A stretch of DNA of 62,971 nt, filler included, from Phoronis australis (taxonomy: Eukaryota; Animalia; Phoronida): the NCBI GenBank assembly GCA_002633005.1. It is 9 parts of 9 records of this genome, joined end to end, with 100 filler letters (N's around TTAATTAATTAA, not from the genome) between each part and the next. Parts side by side here need not be neighbours in the genome. Positions count along the whole stretch, not along the records: positions 19,022 to 28,216 come from NMRA01001836.1; positions 28,317 to 32,204 come from NMRA01002788.1; positions 32,305 to 35,521 come from NMRA01003147.1; positions 35,622 to 54,979 come from NMRA01001445.1; 5 more parts are not named here. One strand, 5' to 3'. The position numbers and the translations under genes are program-made. The notes under the pieces are model-generated. The model was not told where the DNA came from, ran no database searches, and was given only the letters and a program-made list of their open reading frames with translations. Below, piece by piece: positions 24,815-38,155 of this stretch (position 1 is the stretch's first letter; each line of letters opens with the position of its first letter).

Positions 24815-24900
24815 CACTAATTTTACCACTACACCACTGGCCATCTGTGACGGTCGCGTATCTTGAATAAAATGTGCGAAAATCGAATTTGGGTATATGG
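24815..24900 (-). other. Candidate 5' UTR exon of the PH-like gene
   Basis: Strong acceptor tttacttttcAG and consensus donor GTaagt, about 540 bp upstream of the ATG exon. Confidence 0.35.
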
Positions 24901-27207
24901 CTGAAAAGTAAACCCAAGAGTATGAAAAAGATCTGGATATGTACACATATTTGATACTGCGGTCCTGAGTTGATCAGCCGGCATCGTCTCGCCAGCAACT
25001 CCGAGATCTTGAATGTGCCCAAACAACTCCACAGTATTCACGGCCTGGTGCCATAAATCTGTTACACAATGTAACAATCATCATCACATTGTTTACTCCA
25101 CTGTAAATTACAGTTCTATGACCATCTGGTTCTCCACCATGCCAGTGCGCATGAGTTGCGCATGCTCAGCTCGAAACCGTGGACTCGTGTATTCCTCCTC
25201 AATGAAACCACCAAGGATGTGCTTCAAATGTACTATACTCATTTGTGTCATGCAGAGCGGAAATATTTTGCTTTTCCAAACAGTCACACAAACTGGCATT
25301 CGGAAAATCGTATGAAAGAGTTGATCAGGGGCGAAGTCAGGGGTGTAGTAAATTTGGGGTATGTCAAAAATAATTTTACCAACTTCATAAAATCTTTTGA
25401 AACCTTATGTATTCAGATTGGGCGATGAATTGAAAGCATGTGCGTTTGATTTTTCGGTAATGTTACCCTTTCTGAAAAGGCTTTGGTCAATTTAGCATGT
25501 TTCACTTACGGCTGTCAAAGGTTTCGTGGACCTTTTCAGTCGATTTCTACAAAAATGAAATTAATAAAAGTAATAGCAAGGAGTGTAGTAGTATAGGAGA
25601 GTTCACTTGTAAGTTCGCTGTTACCGTAACCTGTTGAATGCAGTGCCCGAGCAGTATTTGATGTCCCCAGTCCACCAAAAATGAAAACGTCAAAAAGTTC
25701 TATGGAAATTATGTTACAGCTGTGGAATAGGCTTTTTGCATTTCTGGTTATCGTCTCACAAAGCAAGTACTGGAACATCACATGTAGAAAGGACAATTAG
25801 TCAAAATCTGGTTTTCGTATTTTACTAAGGTTGATCAGATTGAAACATTTTATGAATGNAAATAATGTGGATAAATCGGTGGAGTGTGAGACCCCTGAGG
25901 TCCCTGTCAAGTCCTCACGGCAATTTTACGTTATGTGTGATTTGAAGAGAGCCAAAGTGAAACTGATGGGTCTTTTAGAGTCTGAATGGTGGGCTGACAT
26001 TTTGTTAAACCCAAGCTATCCGAATCATTTTGCTTCTCAATGACAAACACCTCTGTGAGTAAATTAGTTATCAGCTTCAACGCATTTCGTTGGAAAAAAG
26101 AGCTGTTGTTTACTAGTGATTAGAGAGTGAGAAGGTTGGTTAGATTTTCTTGTTGTATTGGTGTATGTGTTGCCTATTTTGTACATTTTTGGAGATTGTG
26201 ATTAATTTAAGCCCCAGTTGTGGCTAAGTAACAAATATGATCTTGTGGTCTAGCTTTAGCTTAACTGAAATATTTACTGTTATTGATAATGTGAACAGTG
26301 GGTATAGAAAATAAAAATTTTAGTTTTATCATCCAAGTCTTTTTAATTCAGGTTTGTATGAAGTTGTGTGGCTAGTGAATATTTTGATTGCTGTTCAGCA
26401 CCTCTTAACTTTTTGTCATGACATTTTGAGCTTGGACTGGTTATGGTGGTGATGTACTCAATGTGGGGGGAGGCTCGAATTCCCGACGATGTACACCTTT
26501 TGCTAACAAATGAGTGGGCGGACTAAAAAAAAAAAAATGGGGACCACCAATGTGAATTGCTCATTTCCGTTTCTTTAGTGGACTTTTGTCCCATTTTCTC
26601 GGACTTTTTGTCTCGTTTAAGCCCCCGAGCTCCCTGGGTGCGCGCGTCGGAGAATGCAATCGAGTTTATCCTATGCTGGAATGTCTAAGAAATAGTGGGA
26701 TATTCTAAAATTATATTACAATTTTGTGGTAGTGATGAATTGCTTTCTTCTTCTTACATGTGTAACACCCACTACACCAAACAATTGTTCGTATTGCTAG
26801 TATCCTGGTGCATTGAATAGGGAACACATGCGAAATTGTTGGGTGGAAGTGAAACCAGCATTGAGCTGGGAGACATGCTTGTCAATGGTCAGGGGAGCAA
26901 CCAAGATTTATGACGATGGGAAGGGCTCAACACCCATGTGACATACCCCATTGGTTTTTACCTGTTTAGCACTCCTCCCATGTAACCCTCAACACCCATT
27001 TGGCGCCCACATGGTTTTTGTCTTGTACCCCCTTAGCTGTCACCTGGGGGAATTACTCTCTGAACCCCCAGGAGCAATCATTCAAATTTTATTGTCCATG
27101 GAGGTATGAACTGTTATAAGGAAAGATAATTTGCCTTGTTAAGAACTCAAACATGAAACAAAACCGTGATAGATTTTGAAGGGAGCTTCAAGAGAATAAA
27201 AACAAAT

Positions 27208-27626
27208 ACACTACAGTGTGCACCAGTAATGACGGCGGCATGTGGACACACTACATCGTGTAATCGTAGTGACAGTGGCGTGTGGACACACTACAGTGTG
27301 TAACAGTAATGACAGCGCCATGTGGACACGCTANCACCGTGAAACCGTAGTGACAACGGCATGTGGACAGGCTACCTTGTGTATCCGTAGTAACAGCGAC
27401 AAGTGGACATACTACAGTGTGTAACAGCAATGACAGCGCCATGTGGACACGCTGCACCGTGTAACCGTACTGGCAGCGTCATTTGGACACACTAACGTGT
27501 GTATCCGTAGTAACAGCGGCAACACTGTGTAATAGTAATGACAGCAGCATGAGGACACACTACAGTGTGAAACAGTAATGATGGCGGCATGTGGACACAC
27601 TACAGTGAATAACCATAATGACAGCT
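27208..27626. repeat. About 40-bp minisatellite, about 10 diverged copies
   Basis: GTGGACACACTACAGTGTGTAACAGTAATGACAGCGGCAT-like unit; GTGGACA occurs at 27242, 27282, 27322, 27363 and 27403. Confidence 0.9.
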
Positions 27627-27911
27627 AATCATCTGCATTTTTAGATCTACTCAACAGTGGCCTAAACTTGAGCACAGCCTTAATTCGGTGATCCTAATAG
27701 ACAGTCAATCCACCACTGTCCCGCGGCCATAAAAAGCAGCCGAAGTTCGAACATTGTTTCACAAATGTTTACATGTACAAGATCCTTGATCCACACTGAC
27801 ACAAGAAAAAGTGGCCTTGGGCCATTGATTCCGTTGCAGCACGCTGTTGGACATGTGGTAGTGACAGATTGTTGAATCATGTGTGCACCATTCACTACAC
27901 GCAGTACTTAC

Positions 27912-27974
27912 AGAGTTCGCTATGTTGACGATGTCGACGAGCCTTCTCCCGGTAGCGTCGCCAAACTTCTTAAA
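27912..27974 (-). CDS. Candidate 63-nt internal exon, product unknown
   Basis: Polypyrimidine acceptor tttacttgtAG and donor GTaagt. The phase-0 frame is open: FKKFGDATGRRLVDIVNIANS. Confidence 0.35.
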
Positions 27975-29391
27975 CTACAAGTAAATGGCAAAGGAATAAA
28001 GTCAGAGACCCCTTATCCCCAAAGGGATCATCTCATATAGTCCGGTAGCCCAGAGAACTTATCATAGATGAACGAGGTACCATCATCTGACCACGAAAGC
28101 ATTTAGAGTCCACCTCAGTATGTACAGAAATGGATGTCTGCCCTTGTCTGCACTCCGGTGTGACACCTGGAGGTTTTACAAAGGGCCCAGAAAATGAGCT
28201 AGACTAGATATTCGAGNNNNNNNNNNNNNNNNNNNNNNNNNNNNNNNNNNNNNNNNNNNNTTAATTAATTAANNNNNNNNNNNNNNNNNNNNNNNNNNNN
28301 NNNNNNNNNNNNNNNNGTTTTGATATAGAAGTCTCCCCTTAGGCGAAATATTAATCCTGTAAAATAAGGAACCTAAATTTGAGGTACTAGGATACCTCAA
28401 AAAATAGTTAATAAAAACAGATGATACTCAATGAAGGCCCTTTAAAACCTTGAGCAGGTGTAAAAATGAATATTGCCACTGGGTTTAAATTTTCGCAGTT
28501 GAGAAATGTTTTGCACCTCAAAAACTTGGATAAAACATTTGCTTTAAGCAATTTTCGAACAGATGCTTTGAGAAACATCCGATGCAACTTCCACTAAAAA
28601 CAAGAGACTCTCATATGTAATCGTGTGGCAAAGTTGGACCTAATTACAGTGTATCGGTCTGTCATGCATTGTTTCAAAACATCACAAGGTTCATTTACGA
28701 TTGATAAGAACGGCACTACATAGCAAGATTATTTAAATTAGCCGTTATGATAGACAGATACTATGACAGCCAATTTCGCTTACACTCAATCATCACAGTG
28801 TGTGCACAGCCATCATGACACGGAATAACGGGTCATTTTGTCCAGGTTCTTTTGGCTTGTAGTTTGTCCTCAAGGTTCTACACCAAGCTCAGATAACTGT
28901 GCTAGTAAATTAATGTAAAAGACGTCTTTATCTCAGCACAAGAGGTACCTTGTCACATGTGAACACATGTGAGATATGTTCATCTTAATCACTGGTTGCA
29001 TGGACAAATGACTTTTGCTTGGAGACAAAAGAATTTGCTAAAGGTAAATTTGAATTATATATTGAATAGTAATCTTACGTTTGCACAGCAAAGGATGCCG
29101 AGACTCAGATTTTTCAAGCTTGGAATTCAATTTTGACAGGCCCAACAAGCTTATTCCTTGAGGATATTTGACAAGCCTGGTTTACCTGGCTCATCATCAG
29201 TCTTTTCTTAGAAAACTAAGCGGTAGTTAGTAAAGGAGTTAAGAACGTTAGGCCTGGAAAATTAAGCTAGATCAAACTTAGCTAAAGTTGAAATGCATCA
29301 GAGAATGAAAACATCCTCGGATACGAAACTCAGGGGGAAAAACGCTACGGCAGGAGCCCTGAATGGGAAAAGTTACACAACATTTGGTTAC

Positions 29392-29541
29392 CTCTAGAGC
29401 ATTGTAATAGGACGTGGCGAGACAAGCCTGCTCTGCTACATCACAATCCTTGGACTCCAGCTGCTCTTGGAATTTGTTGACCTGGAGAGTAAGTCGGGCA
29501 CACAGATCTTTCATGTCACAAACTTCAGTCTGCAGCGCCAT
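29392..29541 (-). CDS. Candidate 150-nt exon of a coiled-coil protein
   Basis: Bounded by cccttccaccAG and GTaacc, phase 0-0. Encodes MALQTEVCDMKDLCARLTLQVNKFQEQLESKDCDVAEQACLATSYYNALE, with heptad-like L/V spacing. Confidence 0.5.
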
Positions 29542-29634
29542 CTGGTGGAAGGGAAGAATAACATTTTGTAGCCACTGTTGCATCCGTGGAATTCAACAAC
29601 TCAATTCAAGAATCTAAGATACTGTGCAATGCAT

Positions 29635-30003
29635 CAGGGCTTGGAATGACCAATGGCGAAAAAAGGCGGAAATTTTTACGGCCCGAAACATGCGCGCAGC
29701 CAGCCTTGAAAAAGTCGGTGTGGAATTTTTGCCGACAAAAATCGAGAGGACTAAAAAAAATAAATAAAAAAAAAATAAATAAAAAAAACAATGAAAAAAA
29801 CCAAAAAAACGGTACCACGTCCGGAAGCGTGCGTCTGTTTTAGCTCGTCCGNAGTCGTCGGCAACGCGGCGGTAAGAAAGAAATTTGCTGCGGAAATTTT
29901 ATATCAAATCCGATTTTTTTTACGCGGAAATATAATAAAATACGCGGACAGAACATTTGAAAAAAGCGGAAATCCGCGTTTCCGCGGAAAATTCCAAGCC
30001 CTG
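29635..30003. mobile_element. hAT-like MITE, 13-bp TIR, 7-bp TSD
   Basis: CAGGGCTTGGAAT...ATTCCAAGCCCTG is flanked by AATGCAT at 29628-29634 and 30004-30010. Internal GCGGAAA repeats are present. Confidence 0.85.
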
Positions 30004-31393
30004 AATGCATAATTATTGTAAAGTAAGAAATTTACAACCCCATAAAACTGCCTTTTGGGAAACCCTCAATACTTAAGATTAGATTAACCATGAAGTTCAA
30101 TTATTTAGATATATCCGTGTGTGTGTGTGCCTGTGTTTCATTTGCATATATCTCATTGTTGTATATCTTAGTGTATTTAGAAATAAAATGTCAATATGAA
30201 AAAAAAATACTGTGCAATGCAACTGTATCCAAGTTTTGAGTCACTCAAACACTGTAGAAAAAGCGCTGGCGAGTTAAATTAAGGTCTACTATTTTTGTCT
30301 ACTACAATTCTAAACAATTTTGATCAGTGCACGAAAACTGCCACAAACTTGGGACTTGCACAAGACACTGTTACACAGTTCAGTTGTTGTTCTAGTTTGA
30401 CCTTCAAATAAGTCAAATTTCAACATACTCCGATAACTTTTCTTAGACAAGTTGAACTCAACTAATGGTAGAAAAATCTGCATAAACAAGTGCAGTGCAG
30501 TATAACTGTGGTGAGTTTTGTTTTAAAATTCTAAAGCTTGAACTGGATACGAACTGGATACGATCTATGGCAACAAGTGAGCAGGTGTTTTGTCCTTAAC
30601 TACTAACAGTAGCTTGTCAATAACATCTTTGTGCATTCTACAATATCTGTATTTTACTGATTAAGTCTGCCAGAAGCATCTTTCAAGATACAATCTGTCA
30701 ATGACAGCGCCTCCTGTCAGAAAAACGTGATACTATATGAGCCACTTGGATTTTGAGATTATGTTACATGTAGGTTACATCAGGCTGGTCAACAGTTACA
30801 GCAGTTTTCATTTTCACAAGCAAATAAATCAAACAGTTCATAACCTGACATTATTTACTTACTATGTATATCTTTTCTACATTTTCATATCCCAGCAAAG
30901 AAGTCAACCAAAACCTTTCATATTTGCGCTTTCTCAGCTTTAAATTTTCTTTGCTACATTACAAGTTGCTCAGCTTGGGTGCTTTTTGATAATTGCGCTT
31001 GTAACTGGGGACTCCTGATAAGGCTCAGTTAACATGTCACAGCATAGAGTGCACGCATCTTGACATGGGATCTAGCAATTATAGCATGAATGCTAGAAAA
31101 ACAACTGAATTCGGAAAACTAAAAAATTTAGTTTTGTTTATTTCCATCGTGTATTGCGTCAATTTATTGCAGCACAATACTATACATGAGCATTCACAGT
31201 TTTACATTTGTATACGGCATGACGACTTGACTGCAATTGTGGCACACAGAACACCCGTAGGACAATAGCGCCCCTGATACAAGAAAAGTCCTGACGCGTC
31301 TCGCAGTATTTAATCTATGCATAAACTAGAGAGGATCTTGCGTTACAGAAGTGGCTGACAATCATGGTGAATGTAACCGACAGCATCATACTA

Positions 31394-31874
31394 CAGGGCT
31401 CGACACTCAGCACAAGATCAAGTCACCAAACGGGATCTAGCAAAATTCACAGATGGCCAAATGGAAGTTGAGGTTGGCAAAATAAGCCAAGCCCATATGG
31501 GAGGCTGTGACAGTGCTGGCCTTTAAATATGATACACAGTTGGCAACAGAAGTAAACGAGATACCACTACCAGAATTGAAGAAATGTGTAACTCAACAAA
31601 TGTCCGCTGAGGCACCCGAAATTGTCCGGCCATTGCAGCATCACCGCACAAACTCACCTCATACAGCAGAGACAGACGTTAGGCACACGTTACTTGTGCA
31701 TGACTCATGAACGGGTTAGAACGATAACGACTCCTGTCTGTTCACTTCCTGTTGTATTTGTTGTATGTTGAGTGCACACTCGGATGCGTGTATGGCAATT
31801 TCAGATTTTTACCACGTCGCCAAGCAAAATCTGAGGCCACATTGGCAACCTGCAGGTCGCCAAATCGAGCCCTG
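31394..31874. mobile_element. hAT-like MITE, 10-bp TIR, 5-bp TSD
   Basis: CAGGGCTCGA...TCGAGCCCTG is flanked by TACTA at 31389-31393 and 31875-31879. Confidence 0.82.
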
Positions 31875-33691
31875 TACTATAACAAGGAATTACGCTACAC
31901 GTGTAAATGAGAAACTAAATGGAAGAAAGTATCACAATGTAAGATGTGAAACTCCACATCATCTAAACTATATCCTGCGATGACAATCGTATCAATGAGT
32001 GCAATAGCTGGTAGAAGAAAGGCAAACTGAAAAAAGTAATATCTCTCGCCTTCAGGGTTTCACTCGTCCTCCACTTGAGTTTCGCAGCTTCAATAAATTT
32101 CTAAACGTGTGATATTTAACAGATATCGCTCAGACATTTGTAAGTTCTTTGTTGACCAAGGTCAGTGCCAACACTCCTGATTTCAGAGGTTATCTCACCA
32201 AAACNNNNNNNNNNNNNNNNNNNNNNNNNNNNNNNNNNNNNNNNNNNNTTAATTAATTAANNNNNNNNNNNNNNNNNNNNNNNNNNNNNNNNNNNNNNNN
32301 NNNNTTAAGTCCAATTCAGTTGTCAGAAACATCGTGATCAAAGTTATCGTGACTGTTGTTTGCTGCGGTTTGTTCGTCATCCACGGTCATTTTTGAAAAG
32401 TTACGATTTACAGCGTAATTTCGTGCAAACTGATGATCATGGCAATTTATAACATTTCCACATCCATCGCGCTACGGTTAATTATAGGTTGAGTCATACC
32501 GTTAGTTTTAGATGAAGTAAAAATGTTGTGGAGGGATTGGTGCCCTCACGTATAGGACAGAATAAGAGAATTGCTTACGAAAATTGAAGCTGGTCATCAT
32601 TTCAGTTGATCGATGCACGTTTACGTATTTGCTTTGGACACTCACAATTTTTCAACATCAATAGTGGACTTGAGAGGTAAGGGGGGAGGGCAACTTCGTG
32701 CACTGACGAGCAAAGAATCACGACGGCTTACCATTTCCGTTTTTAAGTGTACCGCGAAAGTTTTTAACTTCAAAATTGTGGTCAACATCAAAATGCGCTT
32801 GTCCATGTGCAGTTACGTCATAATCTTTGATGGTGGCTTGAGGTCAAGTTGAAACGTAGGAAATGATGTACTTCAAAAACTCAGTCGCTCTGCATGGCGG
32901 AATGCAGAATGGACCATGGACCTCTCTAGACGAAAATGAACGGTTGATGATTTAAAAACTGATCGACACGTTTCAAAACTGGCGTTATGAGCTGATACGT
33001 TCGACTTCTTTTTAGTATCAGTGATACTGATACCAACTGTCATAACGTGTTTCGCGTCATCGTCGAGTTTACCTTGAAAGCGATTGACATAATGTTCGCG
33101 GTAATTAAGTGGTATTGTGTATTAACACCTTCAATTAACGGTAATTATTGCGTTGTGCAAGTACCGTAATTATCCCGATAGTTTTCCTATAATTATATAA
33201 TTAGTTACGAACACGATTAGACGTATCAATAGACCGTGTATTGTCAGCCTATGGGGTTTTCATAACATAGATATTGAGCATAGTCAAGCGCTCAGACTCA
33301 CACCACACCGTCAAACGGTGACAGTTGTGTAAGTTTACGTGAAGTGGTTGACGGATATCGAACCAGGGTAATGTCGGTTCTTTGTTACTTGGACGTGTTT
33401 ACAGATTCTTCAGATAAGGTAAACGTGAGTATCATCAAAGCTTCGTTTATTTGTTGGGACCAATCCGTTATAACTGGTTATGTACTAGGCAATAACTTGT
33501 TCCCGGTAGTCACCGTTCATTCACGTGTTTCCAAGGTGTGCAGGGAGTGAAAGTGTGCTACTCAATACCAACCTGAACGCAGACAGGTATTGTTTAATTG
33601 ATCAAGTTCTAAGTTGACTTTTCACTAGCAATTCTTGAACTAACCGTGCCTCCATTAGGGTGGTATCAAAACAGTTAACTTCTCGAGACTA

Positions 33692-34165
33692 CCGGGAATT
33701 TCCGAAAATAGGCCAAACCAAAAGTACGCCCATAGGCGTATTTTCGGAAAAATTTCCAAAAGTAACGCGCATTTTCGGTAACTGTTTGCATGTTTTGAAA
33801 ATCTGATGGACTGCTCTAAAACACATGCAATGATGTAAAATTTTGTTATTTTGACAAGACATAATAATTTTGGGATCGCAGTTTCACTCAAATGACTAAT
33901 GTTTAACGAGATATTGTGTGACTTGGTTGGTGACTAACCGTATTAGCACAGGACCGGAGGTCAGTTTTGACGCACTGTGTTTGCTGAATACGAAATAAGT
34001 ATGGACGAATAAAATTCTTACTAGGGGCGAGATACATCTACATACCCTAAAAAGACGAGTTTAGTTCAAACAGTTTCCGAAAAAAAAGACGATTCAGTTT
34101 CATTTGACGTGGTTTTAAAGTCGCTTCCGAATGTACGCCCATTGGCCTATTTTCGGAAATTCCGT
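33692..34165. mobile_element. TA-flanked MITE (Tc/mariner-like)
   Basis: GGAATTTCCGAAAATAGGCCAA near the left end pairs with TTGGCCTATTTTCGGAAATTCC near the right end. TA is present on both sides. Confidence 0.7.
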
Positions 34166-34720
34166 TACCATTTCCCATTAATGATTAGATTTCGGTGTAC
34201 TTTTGTTTAAACAGGCATGTAGTGTTTACATTCTAGAAAAAACGGACAGTTTATTTAGTTATCAAATTATATCTAACGAAAACATTTTATTCCCGTCAAT
34301 CCTATTGTAAACTTCACACGGAATCCACGTTTCCTCCCTGTTGGGTCTAGAGGGGACTTGACTTTACCCATGGACTACTAGACTGGTCCGATCTATTCGG
34401 ATTTATGACTAGAAATGAAGTCGATTAACTTTGCAACTAAGGGTGATCCCTTCATCACAACAACATTCTCTTACTTTTAACCCCATTTTGATGTCCATTG
34501 GGCGGTAACAGCTACACAAAATGGCAGTGTGTCTATGGTAACACCCGGTTGCCAATGTTATGTAATAATCTAGCTATGATTATGTCTAATATCCACAAGC
34601 TATTTAACATCCTTATCGTTTTGTTTTCAAACTTGTGTCGTAATTCTCCGAACATGAACCGGCCAAATCACATCCCCAGGATCTCAAATCAGTGTTCGGG
34701 AATACCATAGCACACTAAAC

Positions 34721-34877
34721 CCGGCGTGCGTTCAGTAGACGCTAGGACCTATGTTAGGACCTAGCTAAAATCTAGTCAACACCACGTGTTCTCATTTAAA
34801 ATACACGGCAATATCTCTCGTAATCTCGCGAAGTCTTGCTTTATAGCGAGGTCCTAGCGTTACTGAACGGGAGGCTG
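34721..34877. mobile_element. Small foldback MITE
   Basis: CGTTCAGTAGACGCTAGGACCT pairs with AGGTCCTAGCGTTACTGAACG. Confidence 0.6.
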
Positions 34878-36587
34878 GAATGCCAACTCCCGCACGTGAC
34901 CAATATATTCTATTATTAGAGCGTGCGACTCCAAGACTAGCCGCGAGAGTTTGCACTGTGAATTTCCGGCAGTCTGCTCGACTGAATTTTGATCGAGTGT
35001 TGTAGATATTAAATCAAGCCTAACTTCACTGTTTCGTTTTCATTTTGACATTTTTGTTCATCAAGTGAGACTCTTGAGGTACGGTTTTAGACAACCGGAG
35101 ATTTCCCGGCAAAATTAGTCAACAAACCCGATAATTACATTGGTCATTCTTTATAAGCACCGACCTGTGGCCCTGCTCGAATGGGGCCCTACCGGGAATA
35201 GTCTGGCGTCTTATGTCATTTCATCTCCAGTCTAGTAACGACTTTCGACAACCAATCACACTGCATACTGAGAATTTTTGAACAAGAAATTTTTTGGGTG
35301 CTAAAATCATCTTACTGTTTTTTAGGGAAAGAAGTAACATTTGGCTTCTGAGTGTTTGCTCTGCAATTATGAATGAAAAGTTTAGCCGCCTACTACAAGT
35401 GTGTTTACGCGGCTTTCAAAAACTACTCGTGTTTACGTAGCTAAGTGTGTGGGTGTGTGTATTTGCATAAAATATTACTGTTTTCAATTGTTTTATAATA
35501 ATTCATTTGTACAATGTTTACNNNNNNNNNNNNNNNNNNNNNNNNNNNNNNNNNNNNNNNNNNNNTTAATTAATTAANNNNNNNNNNNNNNNNNNNNNNN
35601 NNNNNNNNNNNNNNNNNNNNNTAATTGCATAAATTCAATACAATGTGTAGTGAGGAACCATAGTATGGCGGATATCAAACCCACGAGACAGAGTAAATGA
35701 TTAAGCATATCCACTCTGTCTCCTAAAGTAGTTTTCAAAATAAGCTAAACAAACTTTGACAGAACTCCTCCAAAATTTGGAAAACACCTTGCCAGAATTA
35801 CTTGGCATTTTACTTGAATTTTTCCTATTAAAACTTTTTGATGAAGATTTTTCGGAGTTTAATGGGACATAATTATTTTGTGCCTTGCGATTTGTTTATG
35901 AATGGACTTGCGGGCAATTCCACATGCATGGAGCAACACCTGTCAAGATTTTGTTGAGATTTAGCTAGAATTGAAACAGAATCTAGACGTATAAAACATA
36001 GCCAAGTTTTCTCCTGAGACTAAAAGACCCCTGTGGGTCATATGTGCTTAATCCAATTACATGTATATTCGGTCAGTTTTTTTGTATCCAAAGATGCCGA
36101 AACGCATTTCTGTTAGATGGAGGCAAAAACAACTTTGTCACGTCTGTGAAAGCATGAAATCAATTTAAAATTAAACAGGTGACGGCCATCTTTTGACATC
36201 TGAGATGCAAACAAACTGTCTGCCGCTGGGGCTCAAAACCTGAGGTGCTGATGCCAGCCAAGGCTGAGTGATCATACCCGACTGTAGTGAGCAAAACTCA
36301 AGTCCCTTTTCTAAGGAGAAAACTGGCATTGGAAGTGCGCAAAAAGAAATGTGTAGTACTGTTGCAGTTTTGTGAGTCAAAATTTTATTGAATTTTGAGG
36401 TCATTCTGAAAACTGCAACACGTCACCTACGGAATTTGAAACCCTCCACTATCAAATAAAAAACAACCATGACCTGAAAGGTAAGCACTTTTTCATGGTT
36501 ACCCAAGTTGTGGGACAAGTACAACATCTGTATCTACACAATGATTCAGAGATTACGACATGACACTATCAATGACCACATACCTAC

Positions 36588-36671
36588 CCTCATCAATTCA
36601 TCATGTTTCTGAGGATCAAAGTCCTCCGTGATGTCATGCTCAGAGATGCCCAACTGTGTGTTCCCGGTCAC
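36588..36671 (-). CDS. KRI1: KRI1 homolog exon (last visible)
   Basis: ttgcAG/GTaggt; encodes VTGNTQLGISEHDITEDFDPQKHDELMR (DFDP..HD motif). Confidence 0.9.
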
Positions 36672-37334
36672 CTGCAACAGCGCACTAGTTTTATGCAAAC
36701 TACAGTGTATACCAAGCATGTATTTGTTTAGAAAGAGTGTGCGACCAATGGTAGATCAGTCTGTACGTAACAAAGCAATGTGTTGTCACATGAGTCCATG
36801 CCCAAATGTCAAGGAGTGCCTTTACACAAAAGTGAGAGTAAAATGTGAAGTACAGGTGCGTAAGGTATTACTTGTCTTAAGCAACAATTACGCACCAAGT
36901 AATACTGAATCAGTTATGGATCTCAAGACAAACTAGCGGTTGTCATCCGTTATCCCATTCATCGAAATTTAGCAAATCTTGCTCAATTTCACTATGACAA
37001 AGATCCTGCATAGATTTACAAGAAACTGCTGAAGATGTGACAAAGGCAGAACTACCACTAGGGGACACCACTGAGGTCAAAATTATTGTCAGCATGCTCT
37101 GAAGATACAAAGGAAAATGTAAAAAAGTTGCCACAAGGGGGCATACTAGTAATTGGATCCGTCTGAAAATTAGCTCATGCTGTCCTATCTATGAAAAAAC
37201 ATAAAAGCAAAATTTCATGAACATACGTCCATGGGTTTTGGAGACAGAGCAGCGGACACCAGACGCCAGCCGAACAACAACCAGATTAATAGGGATGACG
37301 GCATAATGCACCAAAATATAAATATTATGTGATC

Positions 37335-37600
37335 GCATAAAAATAACAAGAAAAATCATGAGAAAATAAGTTAGAATAAAAATAAGAATGCAATGAAAAA
37401 TGAAAATAAGAATAATAACAATAAGATAATAAAGAGAATAGTAAGAAAAATGAGATTAAGAACGAGAAAAATAATAACAAGAAGAACAAGAATACTAGTA
37501 AAAAATAATACCATAATAATGATAAGAATAATAATCATACAAATAAAAATTAAAACAATTAAAAAAACGAAGGAGCAAAAGGAAAAAGGAAAATAAAAAT
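37335..37600. repeat. A-rich degenerate AAT/AAG low-complexity tract
   Basis: Degenerate trinucleotide tract in a KRI1 intron; it produces spurious ORFs on both strands. Confidence 0.85.
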
Positions 37601-37642
37601 AATCATTCATGGTTCTATGAAATTTCCGTCAAGTTACATTTA

Positions 37643-37870
<228 letters not shown>

Positions 37871-38155
37871 TTAATATTAAACAACAGGTGGCAGCGAGGT
37901 TCTGCACAAGTCACACGTCCTAGATGTTGCTTTTTACATACACTGTATAAGCAAGTGGTATAAACATAAAGTTAATTTTTAATGGATGACAAGTGTAGAG
38001 CAGTTTGAACATGATTTTGCAAATTTCAATTATTAAGCAAGCACAGAAAATCAACTGAAACTAGTTACAGTATGTGGCTGTCCAAAAACAAGTTGACTGT
38101 TTTTCATTTCATCGAAAATCACCAATTTTGAACCAAAAAATCAGACTTTCTAATT

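Noticed and set aside
27208-27626. CRISPR-like arrays (also 40137-40580, 46760-47110 and 14489-14693)
   Set aside because: The whole units are similar to each other with no unique spacers, there are no cas genes, and the context is eukaryotic intronic/intergenic. They are minisatellites.
37371-37610. Hydrophobic or basic 67-79 aa ORFs (also 286-501 and 29606-29818)
   Set aside because: They are translations of low-complexity A/T-rich tracts.
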